Assembly: GCA_964248365.1 (NCBI GenBank)
Contig: CAXTYC010000005.1
Location: forward strand, 1 to 64,000
Direction of reading: 5' to 3'
Source: an uncultured Chroococcidiopsis sp.
GTDB lineage: Bacteria > Cyanobacteriota > Cyanobacteriia > Cyanobacteriales > Chroococcidiopsidaceae
DNA length: 64,000 bases
The notes under the pieces: generated by a model
Database searches by the model: none
What the model was told of the DNA's origin: nothing
The model's input: only the letters and a program-made list of their open reading frames with translations
Translations under genes and position numbers: made by a program
Shown here: positions 1 to 9,071 of the stretch, piece after piece
How positions within the stretch are numbered: the stretch's first letter is position 1
How the letters are laid out: each line of letters begins with the position of its first letter

Positions 1-25
1 CGATAATACTTTACTTGGCTCTCTA

Positions 26-571
26 GTGTTACTCCTTTCTCATTATACTCAAGCATCCAATCTAGAACACCACCGGAAATTCATTCGCAAGCAAGGTAGT
101 TATGACCGACACCGTACAAATCAAGCGATTAAACGCGCATTTCCAAAAGTTTCTTGGTCAGTGAATTCCTTTGTTAAAGTCAAAGGGGATAAATCTCCCT
201 TCAACGGAGACATGATTTATTGGTCGAAACGAGAGAATGCCAATTACGACGGTTTAACGGCAAAACTACTAAGTCAGCAAAAACACACCTGTACTCACTG
301 TAAGTTGAAATTCTATCCAGGGGACACCGCAGAACTACACCATAAGGACAGCGACCATAGAAATTGGAAGCTATCTAACCTGGAGGTTTTGCATCGGGGT
401 CACCAGCACCAAGCCGCCTAAGGTGAGGTGAGAGTTGGAAAGACAAGCAGCCCGTTAAAAGGTAGTAAGTCTTGTTAAGTACATTACGAACTAGGAGCGT
501 GGTGAGGGGAAACTTTCACGCCACGTTCTGAAGCAGAGGTGTCCTCTGGTAACAGAGGCATCGACTCTAAT
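26..571 (+). mobile_element. 3' remnant of a group II intron (inner): C-terminal maturase/HNH part of the intron-encoded protein plus domains V-VI
   Basis: ORF 26..421 has VKGDKSPFNGD..YW, CxxC and HHxD..HxNW HNH motifs. Domain V is GAGCGTGGTGAGGGGAAACTTTCACGCCACGTTC (495-528). A domain VI hairpin follows and ends in CTCTAAT at 571. No RT core is visible upstream. Confidence 0.85.
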
Positions 572-959
572 AAACATATCAATGTTAAGGGTGAAAAATC
601 ACCATTCGACGGCGATATTGCCTACGGTCGCGAACGAAATAGTAAACTCTACGATGGCGAAACCTCTTCTGCTTTAAAAAGGCAAAACCATACGTGCGGA
701 TATTGTGGATTAAAAACGCTTAGTGATGAGAAGGTACATTTACATCATGTTGATGGAAACCATAACAACTGGAAGAAAAATAACCGTTCGGCTGAGCGCG
801 TGAGGCGAAGCCTTCTAGCTGTTCACGCGCCTCTGCCATGATTATCACCACACAAGCAAAACCGTAAGGTAAAGAACATCGGGAGCCAGATGCGGGCAAA
901 CTTGCACGTCTGGATCGCGCATGGGAGCCGCGAGACGTAATAATCTCCTTCGACCCAAC
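572..959 (+). mobile_element. 3' remnant of a second (outer) group II intron with a degraded HNH ORF
   Basis: Reading resumes at 572 with KHINVKGEKSPFDGD..CGYC..HLHHVDGNHNNW and frameshifts before CHDY. Domain V is GAGCCAGATGCGGGCAAACTTGCACGTCTGGATC (883-916). The 3' end is CCCAAC at about 959. Confidence 0.8.
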
Positions 960-1215
960 CAATAAACAGTCAACCCAAGCTAGGTGGATCTGTCGTGCTA
1001 GATGGGTAGTTGGGTGGGTTTGAGGGTTGAGTGTTTATTTCAAGTCCTTACCTCCCACGCCTCTTTTTCTTGTGTTTTCGCCCAAGGGTTGGTAGTGCTT
1101 CTCTTATCTTCCGCCAAGGGGTGCCGAGCTTTAAGTGCTGGCATCCCTTCATTTTTTACCATCAATATCTCGTGCCACTGCAGCTGTGGTAGCCACCTCG
1201 TAGTCTAAACTTCAG

Positions 1216-1736
1216 ATAGTAGTGACACTTGGGATGGGAGAGCAGTTTCCAGATGTCTTGCGGCTTCTGCTGCATCAGGTTTTGGACGTATACCTTTTGG
1301 TCGTCAAGGCGTGAGAATGCCACTTCTAAACTGGAGAGAACACCCTGATTCTGCCATGTTTGCAACTGCTCCTGATAGAGGAAGTCGTTGTAGTTACGGC
1401 AACCGATGGTTTATCTTCCAATTGTGTGCCATCTGCTGTCACGTAACCAGCACTGAAGTAGGTGTCGGGTGTAACACAAAGGCGATCGCACAGTCGCTTG
1501 ACTAGTTGAGGTGGATTGCAAGGATAAATCGCAACGCGATCGCCCGTCTCGTAGTGCAGGTCTGTGCCGGAGAGGTCAAAGGCGATATAGCGGGTGGAAC
1601 GACTGCCTGGAATTACTTCTTTGAGCAGTTCTCGATTTGCCACTAGCGGCACTTCCACTTGTTCTAAATACTGCTGCGCTTTTTTGAGCAATTGCTCCTC
1701 ATTTGGGTAATTGAATGCGCGTTCCAAAGCGCTCAA
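1216..1736 (-). pseudogene. Collapsed remnant of a diflavin reductase / nitric oxide synthase-like gene
   Basis: A FAD-domain piece ([34 protein letters not shown]) is joined out of frame to an NADPH-domain piece ([24 protein letters not shown]). There are large internal deletions and no VCG motif. Confidence 0.75.
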
Positions 1737-2007
1737 GCAATTGTGTGGAATTAAAAGGTTTATAGTGAAAACAACACCAAGCGATAAAAATTACATTTTC
1801 TGTACAGTTCGAGCCTTTACACAGTTATAACTGATGGGGGCTAAAGAGCTAATTGAAAATTGGTCTAAGGTACAGAGAAATTTATCGCTTCAGCCCGCAG
1901 GTAATTTTATTTTAGAACACCTAACCGAGAAAATCGGTTAGATGCACACAATCAGTTTTCTGTCAATTAGTAATTTCTCCTCTCTAGTGGTTGAGGTGAG
2001 AATCAAC

Positions 2008-3615
2008 TTAGCGCACAGACTTGAGACTATCAAAATTCTTGGTAAACAAATCAGTGAAGATGCTCATCACCGTGCGATCGCGCACTTTGATATTGCCACT
2101 CACCGACATTCCTGATTGAAGTGGCACAGTTCGCCCATTTATTAACAGCGACTGCCGCTGTAGACTAATTTTAGCTGGGAACCTATAGTAAGGATGAATT
2201 GAATCCGGTGGTAGAGCATCACTACCAACCCAAATTAACTTGCCTTTAACATCACCAAACTCACTAAAGGGAAATGAATCAATCCGTACATCTACATTCA
2301 TCCCTTCTTTAACAAATCCAATGTCTCGATTGGTAATGAATACCTTAGCAGTCAGAACATCATCAGGCACAATTTTTAGAATCGGTTGACTACTATTGGC
2401 TACAAACCCTGGGCTATGAGCTTGTAAATCAAATACCGTGCCATTAGAGGGAGCGGTAAGTTCCTCGTAGCGTAAATTCTGTTGCGCTTCACTGATTTGG
2501 CTATCGATTTCAGCTAGACGCTTATTGTTTTCCACTATTGTCTTCGTTAGCTGACTATCAATCTCGGCAATGGCTTTGTCATTATCAGCTATTTTGGTCA
2601 ACACGTCTTTGCGGTCAAGGGCAGTCGTATTCTGTAACTTTGAACGAGCTTCATTAATTGCTAGTTTTAGTCGTTCCCGTTCTTGGGTAAGCTGACCTAC
2701 CTGAGCAACACTAGTGCGAACTTCCTGTTCTTGCTTTAGGTATTGGATGCGAGACATCGCCCCTGCTTTGGCTAAGGGACCGAAGTTGTTGAGAATTTCC
2801 TGATTCATCTTTACAGTGTCTTTGGCACTGGCTAGTTGAATCTCGGTTTGGTTTAGTTGGCGAGTTAATTGTTGAACTTCTAATTGAGCTGCTGCAACGC
2901 GAGAGTTTAATTCTGCTTGATTAGATTGAAGACGGTCAATTTGCTCCCCACTGAGGCGAATTCCTGACTGCTGACTACCTAGCTGTGCTTTAAAAAGTTG
3001 ATTTTCTGCGGTTAGGGCAGATCTACTTTGAACTAGGGACAATAATTGAGCAGGTAGCCCCAGTTGCATCATAGCTTGCTGTGTTGACATCGAACCAGCT
3101 TGTTTGCCCATTTGCGCTTGATAAAACTGATTTTCTTGAATCAAGGCGGTGCGAATCTTCAGTAGAGAAGCGAGTTGAGAAACAGATTTAGTGGGGTCGA
3201 AACTGATCAGGCGATCGCCTTTTTTAACTTTTTGTCCGTCCTCAACGTAGATCGTTTTAACTACACCACCTAGAGGCGCTTGCACTTCTTTAACAGCACC
3301 AGTTGGTTCTAAATTTCCTTGTGCCGGAATTGCTTCTTCTATTCTGGCAACGCTTGCCCAAACAATAGAAATAGTTGTCACCGACATTAATCCCCAGAGA
3401 ATCGCCCGTGACCAATTAGAGGATTGTTCAAGAATGACGGGAGATTCAATTTCCTTAGTACGAACCGATGATCTAGAAGTGGGAACTTCTCGATTGGTAG
3501 TCGGTTCAGCGTCACTCCTATCTTCTTTTACTAAAGCGCGCACTGGAAATTGATATAGCTTTAGCTCATTGGCTGCCTGTTTTACTTTAGCTCCGTTGCC
3601 ATTGTTTGTGTTCAT
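2008..3615 (-). CDS. hlyD: HlyD-family type I secretion membrane fusion protein
   Basis: Single N-terminal TM helix, VQAPLGGVVKTIYVEDGQ lipoyl half-motif, long coiled coil, DSFPFSEFG and LQSGM motifs. Confidence 0.92.
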   Translation of the reverse strand: MNTNNGNGAKVKQAANELKLYQFPVRALVKEDRSDAEPTTNREVPTSRSSVRTKEIESPVILEQSSNWSRAILWGLMSVTTISIVWASVARIEEAIPAQGNLEPTGAVKEVQAPLGGVVKTIYVEDGQKVKKGDRLISFDPTKSVSQLASLLKIRTALIQENQFYQAQMGKQAGSMSTQQAMMQLGLPAQLLSLVQSRSALTAENQLFKAQLGSQQSGIRLSGEQIDRLQSNQAELNSRVAAAQLEVQQLTRQLNQTEIQLASAKDTVKMNQEILNNFGPLAKAGAMSRIQYLKQEQEVRTSVAQVGQLTQERERLKLAINEARSKLQNTTALDRKDVLTKIADNDKAIAEIDSQLTKTIVENNKRLAEIDSQISEAQQNLRYEELTAPSNGTVFDLQAHSPGFVANSSQPILKIVPDDVLTAKVFITNRDIGFVKEGMNVDVRIDSFPFSEFGDVKGKLIWVGSDALPPDSIHPYYRFPAKISLQRQSLLINGRTVPLQSGMSVSGNIKVRDRTVMSIFTDLFTKNFDSLKSVR

Positions 3616-3648
3616 AGTTTTAAGCGGTTAGCGGTTAGCTGTTAGCTG

Positions 3649-4007
3649 TTAGCTGTTAGTTTTTAGCTTTTGAATAAATGAATTGAGCATTCGTTTAATT
3701 TCTACTAATTCATCATTCAGCTTTTCGTATAAAGAATTGTCTAGAAAGCCTAAGTCATGAGCAAGTAAAATGTAATATTATAACTCCCTTGCCGAACCCA
3801 TTGCCATTTGCAAAAACCGAGCAAAATCCGCGTCACTACCTCTTCCACAACCAGGGCAATATTTGCTGGAATAGAGGCTGAGCAACGTCTCATTTGACTT
3901 GTTAATCCATATATTTCTTCCTTTGGAAACATGGTAGTAACTTTATAAGTTTCAATGACTAATGGATGACTCTCGTGCCAAATCTTTAACTGCTTAAAGC
4001 CCTTCAA
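3649..4007 (-). pseudogene. Four-helix-bundle (23S rRNA IVP family) protein, inactivated
   Basis: FPKEEIYGLTSQMRR..SIPANIA motif. A 1-nt frameshift precedes GCGRGSDADFARFL, and an in-frame TAA follows MGSAREL. The gene is flanked by GCTAACA-type heptamer repeats. Confidence 0.8.
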
Positions 4008-4058
4008 AATCTCACCCTAAATATGAAACTTAAAAGCTAACAGCGCGCCAGCTAACCG

Positions 4059-7013
4059 CTAAGCGCTAACTACTTCTTGTTGCTGATACAAACAGTAGTA
4101 GCGTCCTTTGTGGGACATAAGTTCGGCATGGGTTCCCTGCTCTACAACTGTACCTTGATGCATCATTAGAATTACATCTGCTTGTTTAATCGTCGCCAGG
4201 CGGTGGGTGATGAAAAAGACAGTGCGATCGCTAAATGCTTCTGCTAGATTTAAACATACTTGGCGCTCGGTGTGATAATCCAAAGCACTCGTGGCTTCGT
4301 CTAACACCAGTAAACTGGGATTTTGCAAAACGGTACGCGCGATCGCTATCCTCTGCCTTTGTCCTCCAGACAAAGCTGATCCCCGCTCTCCTACTCTAGT
4401 GTTATAGCCCTGCGGTAGGGACATAATAAAGTCGTGAGCAACTGCAACTTTGGCAGCTTCTACAATCTCCTCTGGAGTAGCATCAGGATTGGTTAGGGCA
4501 ATATTTTCTTGCACTGTGCCATCAAATAACAGCGTATCTTGCAACACTACCCCAATCTGACGACGCAAGGAATACAGCTCGACTTTGCTAATATCGTAGC
4601 CATCAATTAGAATTCGACCAGAATCAAGATCGTATAGGCGGGGTAGCAACTTTGTCAGCGTACTTTTTCCTGCACCGCTAGAGCCAACTACTCCAATAAA
4701 GCTACCAGCTGCCAAGTCCAAATTAATATTTATTAGCTGAGGTGCGCCACTAGATGCAAAACGAAACGAGACGTTTTCATACCTCACTGCCCCGTGAATT
4801 TCCGGCATTGAAATATTATCTCTACCTGCTTGTTCAATTTCTTGGGGAGTATCGAGAATGTCACTTAGCCGTTCTAGAGATAGAGCGGTTTCTTGGAAGT
4901 TTTGCCACAGTTGAACTAATCGCAGTAAAGGACTGGTGGTGTAGCTTGCGATGATCCGAAAAGCGATTAATTGCCCCAAAGTTAATTTACCTTGCAGTAC
5001 CAAAAATGCTCCCACCCACAATAGTAGCAAACTCGACAATTTGTTGAGAAAGTTACTAGTTGAACTAGCTGTAGTCGAGGTTAGTACACTCTTATACCCT
5101 GCTGACACATAACGGGCATAACGCTCTTGCCATTTCCACCTTGATTTGAGTTCAATATTTTGTGCCTTAACAGTTTGAATTCCTGAGACAACTTCGACTA
5201 AATAAGATTGAGTTTCGGCATTACGTTCAGCCTTGGTACGTGACTGTTGTCGAATGACTGGGGCAACGATAAATGTCAAGGCAGCAAACAAGGGTACAGT
5301 AGCTAAGGCAACGATGGTAAGTAGCCAGCTGTAAAACACCATTACCCCGATGTAGATGAAAGAGAAAACCGCATCTAACACCACTGTTAAGGCAGTACCT
5401 GTCAGAAAGGAGCGAATATTTTCTAATTCGTTGATGCGGGTGGCTAGCTCTCCTACAGGACGGCGTTCAAAATAACGCAATGGCAGACGCAGCAAGTGAT
5501 CGATCACTTGTGAGCCTAAAGCCATGTCTATGCGATTAGTAGTATCAACAAATAAGTTTGTACGTAAGCTGGTGACAATGGCTTCAAATATAGCCACTAT
5601 GACCAGGAAGATACCTAATATATGTAAAGTTCCAATACTGTTTTGAACTAGAACCTTATCAATAATGACTTGCGTCATTAGAGGATTAGCTAAGCCAAAC
5701 AGTTGGACAAAGAAGGAAGCAATCAATACTTCCAGCAGTACTTTGCGGTAACGGTACACAGAAGGTAAAAACCACGATATACCAAACCGCTGCTTGGGGG
5801 TGTAAGGAGTGGGTTGCAGCAGGAGAACTTGTCCTTCCTCTCCCCAAGTTTCAATAAAATCAGCTGGTTTGATTCTCCGAATTCCCATTTCAGGTATAGC
5901 TAGAACCAGTTCTTTTTCACTTGCTTTATAAAGCAGGGCGAAACTGTCTTGCCAACGTAGCATTGCTGGGGCTTGCAAGCGACTGGCTGCAATAGCAGGC
6001 ACATTCACTAGTTGGGAATTTAGTCCCATTAATTCGGCTATACCCCCACATAGTTGCAGGGAAATGCTGCCATGATGCTTAAAAGAATTATTTAATGTTC
6101 GCTTGAGGATATCTCGTTTGAAGGGCATCCCCAAATGTTGACTGAGCATCTGGAAGCAAGCCAGAGTTGCATCGATAGGTCCCCTACCCTGAACATAAGG
6201 GTATTTGGTTTGTTTAGGTTGATATGTATTATTTTCCAGTTCTTGGGGACGCTCTGGAGCATAGGGAATTTCTTGACTGTCGAATGCCGAATGTCGAATG
6301 TCGAATGTCTCTTGTTCTGTGGTTAGTTCTCTTAAGGCTATTAAACGGGCTGATCCTGGGCGTTCTACTTCTATATAGCCCAGCTCGTCTTTAGGATTTA
6401 AACGGCTGCCTACGGTAAAGTTAGTTTTAGCTCCGCCGCTGAGTAACCAGACAAAATTTGGTTCTAATGAGTTTAGTGGCGTTTTACCAGCAGGTAGATT
6501 GAGAATGTGTGCTTGTTCTTTTGCTTTTAGCGCTATCTCGTTGAGATTGTCAGCACCACTAGCTGTGCGCTCTAGTTCAGCACATAGTAAGTCAAATACT
6601 TCAATTATCGAGCAATGATTACGAAAGGCATCGGCGAACTGGGGTTCTTGCTCTAGTAATTCCAAGAAATCAGCTGCTTCTAATGTGAGGCAAATTGTTT
6701 CAGTCGAAGCGAGCGCTGTTTCACAAGCAACACCACGTAAAAGGCTAACCCAACCTAAAACCTGCCCTGGAGGGAGTAATTGTAGGGTAACAGGTGCTAT
6801 TGCACCTGGGGCATAACCCAATAAACGTGCTTGCCCTTCGTAAAGGATGGCAATGTGAGCTGGTATGATTTCTCGCACCACAATTGCTTGTCCCATGCGA
6901 TAGCGCAGTGGTTGCAATTTTTCTGACAGTCGCTGTCTCGATTCGGGAGACAGACAATCAAACGGCGGCGTGTTTTTAAGAAATTCAGATATAGGAATTG
7001 TAGTATAAGTCAT
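4059..7013 (-). CDS. hlyB: Type I secretion ABC transporter (cNMP-binding + C39-like + TM + ATPase)
   Basis: Walker A GSSGAGKST, LSGGQRQR signature, LDEATSALD, ABC membrane domain and N-terminal cNMP-like domain. Confidence 0.92.
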   Translation of the reverse strand: MTYTTIPISEFLKNTPPFDCLSPESRQRLSEKLQPLRYRMGQAIVVREIIPAHIAILYEGQARLLGYAPGAIAPVTLQLLPPGQVLGWVSLLRGVACETALASTETICLTLEAADFLELLEQEPQFADAFRNHCSIIEVFDLLCAELERTASGADNLNEIALKAKEQAHILNLPAGKTPLNSLEPNFVWLLSGGAKTNFTVGSRLNPKDELGYIEVERPGSARLIALRELTTEQETFDIRHSAFDSQEIPYAPERPQELENNTYQPKQTKYPYVQGRGPIDATLACFQMLSQHLGMPFKRDILKRTLNNSFKHHGSISLQLCGGIAELMGLNSQLVNVPAIAASRLQAPAMLRWQDSFALLYKASEKELVLAIPEMGIRRIKPADFIETWGEEGQVLLLQPTPYTPKQRFGISWFLPSVYRYRKVLLEVLIASFFVQLFGLANPLMTQVIIDKVLVQNSIGTLHILGIFLVIVAIFEAIVTSLRTNLFVDTTNRIDMALGSQVIDHLLRLPLRYFERRPVGELATRINELENIRSFLTGTALTVVLDAVFSFIYIGVMVFYSWLLTIVALATVPLFAALTFIVAPVIRQQSRTKAERNAETQSYLVEVVSGIQTVKAQNIELKSRWKWQERYARYVSAGYKSVLTSTTASSTSNFLNKLSSLLLLWVGAFLVLQGKLTLGQLIAFRIIASYTTSPLLRLVQLWQNFQETALSLERLSDILDTPQEIEQAGRDNISMPEIHGAVRYENVSFRFASSGAPQLININLDLAAGSFIGVVGSSGAGKSTLTKLLPRLYDLDSGRILIDGYDISKVELYSLRRQIGVVLQDTLLFDGTVQENIALTNPDATPEEIVEAAKVAVAHDFIMSLPQGYNTRVGERGSALSGGQRQRIAIARTVLQNPSLLVLDEATSALDYHTERQVCLNLAEAFSDRTVFFITHRLATIKQADVILMMHQGTVVEQGTHAELMSHKGRYYCLYQQQEVVSA

Positions 7014-7072
7014 AATGAGGGGCGCTATAGCTAGGGGCTAGGGGCTAGGAGTGTACAAGCGGAGGCGAGAGG

Positions 7073-7858
7073 CTAGACGGTTTGTTTCTCCTCTGCCCCT
7101 CTGCTCCTCTGCTCCTCTACCCCTCTGCCCTCCATCTCCCACTTTTTCATCTCCTGATTAATCTGCTGTGAAATCCAGTTTTCAAATAAGTTATTTAATA
7201 GTTGTTGCCGTATTGGTTCATCTAATACAGCGGGAATAAACTTCTCTAGTCGCACAATCACGATCCATTCTCCTAAGCGAGTAGGAGGCAGTAGCTGACC
7301 TGGTTGAGACACGGAAAGCATCTTTGCCAAAGCTGGGTGGGGTACGCTTAGTTCTACAGGTCCTTGCAACCCGCCTGTTTGTGACTCTGGACCTAAAGAA
7401 TATTCTCGTGCCACTTCAGCAAAGGATTGTTCTTTTGCTTGAATGCGGAAATATAACTCTTGAGCTATTCCCGCATCTTTGGTACGAATCAGAGAATAAA
7501 TTACCTTGTCCAGTTTCGATTTGTAATTCAGAAAATAAGATTCTAATTGCGCTGACCAGGTTGCGATTTTGTATTTCGCAATCCTAAGCTGTCGTGTGGC
7601 TAAGGCTTGTAGTTTTTCCTCAGTAATGCCGTAGCGCGCCAGCCAAGCTTCAAGTGCTTCTTGGGAAGTGATATTATGCTGCCCAAAAAACTTTTGGTAG
7701 GCGATCGCTATTTCTTCCTCGGTGCAGCTTATATCAGCGATCGCCTGATCGATAATCAGTTCGCGTAATAACTGAGGTAGCATCTGATAACCCACTAGTA
7801 AGGGAATAATCTCCTCATATGTAATTGTTTGGCTACCAACTTGTAAAGCTGCGGTCAT
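7073..7858 (-). CDS. PpiC/parvulin-type peptidylprolyl isomerase associated with the T1SS
   Basis: YSLIRT..AQELYFRI..SFAEVAREYSLGPE..GG motif. Start taken at ATG 7858 (MTAALQ). Confidence 0.85.
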   Translation of the reverse strand: MTAALQVGSQTITYEEIIPLLVGYQMLPQLLRELIIDQAIADISCTEEEIAIAYQKFFGQHNITSQEALEAWLARYGITEEKLQALATRQLRIAKYKIATWSAQLESYFLNYKSKLDKVIYSLIRTKDAGIAQELYFRIQAKEQSFAEVAREYSLGPESQTGGLQGPVELSVPHPALAKMLSVSQPGQLLPPTRLGEWIVIVRLEKFIPAVLDEPIRQQLLNNLFENWISQQINQEMKKWEMEGRGVEEQRSRGAEEKQTV

Positions 7859-8083
7859 AGCATCATTGTCAGAAGGTGAGAAGTAAGTAAAATTGCTCTT
7901 ACCACAGTGTAGGCGATCTTGCGAGCATTTTATACTTGGGAACAAATTAGTAAAGGCTGAGGGATAGAATATATCCCCAGCATTAAGGTTTTAGGTTAAA
8001 CGATTGTTTTTGCTTAAACGATCGCACTTGGTATGCGAAGAAATTGGTATTGCTAGCTAGACACCAGGGCGATCGCACTTGTG

Positions 8084-8599
8084 TTAACTCATGGATCCAC
8101 CACTGGTAGAGCCACCACCAAAACCACCGCCACCACTGCCGATGTTTTCAGGGTTAACACCACCTGCAAAGATATTCCAGAAGTTTTCACCAGCAAACGG
8201 GTTCCCGCCATAGGCTAAGTTGCCGCCACCAGCACCGCCTGCGCCGCCGCCAGCACCACCGCCAGCACCGCCTGCGCCGCCGCCAGCACCACCGCCGCCA
8301 CCGAAAACTTGCTCGAAGCTATTAATCCCCACTTCGCTCAATCTACCCCAAGGCGAAGAGCTAAACTGATTGTCCATGTTGCTACCTGGCGTAGCGGAAT
8401 TGTTACCACCTTCGGCTGAGTTTTCACCCTCACCCTGGGAGTTACCACCCATCGAGGAGTTTCCACCACCAAAGCCGCCGCCAGCTCCACCAAAGCCGCC
8501 ACCAGCTCCGCCAAAGCCGCCGCCAGCTCCACCAAAGCCGCCACCAGCTCCACCAAAGCCGCCGCCAGATCCGCCACTAATGAGACTATCGAATTCCAT
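8084..8599 (-). CDS. Small glycine-rich repeat protein (GGAGGGF repeats), putative T1SS substrate
   Basis: AGAAGGA upstream of GTG 8605/ATG 8599. It shares the SPWGxLSEVGIxSFxQVFGG and GGNPFAG motifs with the neighbouring 668-aa ORF. Confidence 0.75.
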   Translation of the reverse strand: MEFDSLISGGSGGGFGGAGGGFGGAGGGFGGAGGGFGGAGGGFGGGNSSMGGNSQGEGENSAEGGNNSATPGSNMDNQFSSSPWGRLSEVGINSFEQVFGGGGGAGGGAGGAGGGAGGGAGGAGGGNLAYGGNPFAGENFWNIFAGGVNPENIGSGGGGFGGGSTSGGSMS

Positions 8600-8869
8600 C
8601 AGCACAATCCTTCTATTTCAATCAGGTAATTTCAAGGTTAAGAGAAACATCAAAAAGACAAATAGGAGCTTGCTTTGTTCGGAGGTTCTCCACTGCGTAT
8701 CTATACTTCTTAAAGCAACACTTAGGTTTCCGACGTGCTAGTTAAACTTAGCAACCATCTACTACTTTTTGATAAATCTCCGAATTAGCTAACTTTATTG
8801 AATTGCTCCCCCAAGCAGTCAACCTAATTGTTTCTTGCAAAAAAGAAATTGCATCTACTACGCTATTTA

Positions 8870-8931
8870 ACTTTATGAGGTATACGGTAATACGACAATG
8901 AACAATCTTTTGATACCCTTGTCAATTTTTT
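8870..8931 (-). promoter_or_regulatory. Shared regulatory motif copy A plus -10 box (TAAAGT)
   Basis: + strand 8898 ATGAACAATCTTTTGATACCCTTGTCAATTTTTT aligns without gaps to copies B-D. The distal end is replaced by heptamer repeats. The -10 box is at 8870-8875. Confidence 0.65.
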
Positions 8932-9019
8932 AGCGGTTAGCGGGGCAGTTATCAGTTACCAGTTACCAGTTACCAGTTACTAAGCCAGCTAACAACTAAC
9001 AGCGCGCCAGCTAATCGCA

Positions 9020-9046
9020 TAGAGACGCGAAATTTCGCGTCTCTAC
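9020..9046. repeat. GTAG-type REP-like perfect palindrome
   Basis: TAGAGACGCGAAATTTCGCGTCTCTA(C), embedded in heptamer repeats. Confidence 0.75.
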
Positions 9047-9071
9047 TCGCTAACAGCGCGCCAGTTAATAG

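Noticed and set aside
4059..7013. Bacteriocin/RiPP exporter or hetC call
   Set aside because: The catalytic Cys is absent, and no double-glycine precursor or modification enzyme is nearby.
8338..8741. Pro-rich (PPKPPPA) ORF 8370..8741 and LAAALVE ORF 8338..8577
   Set aside because: These are antisense and alternate-frame shadows of the Gly-rich repeat gene, whose frame is supported by motifs shared with the neighbouring protein.
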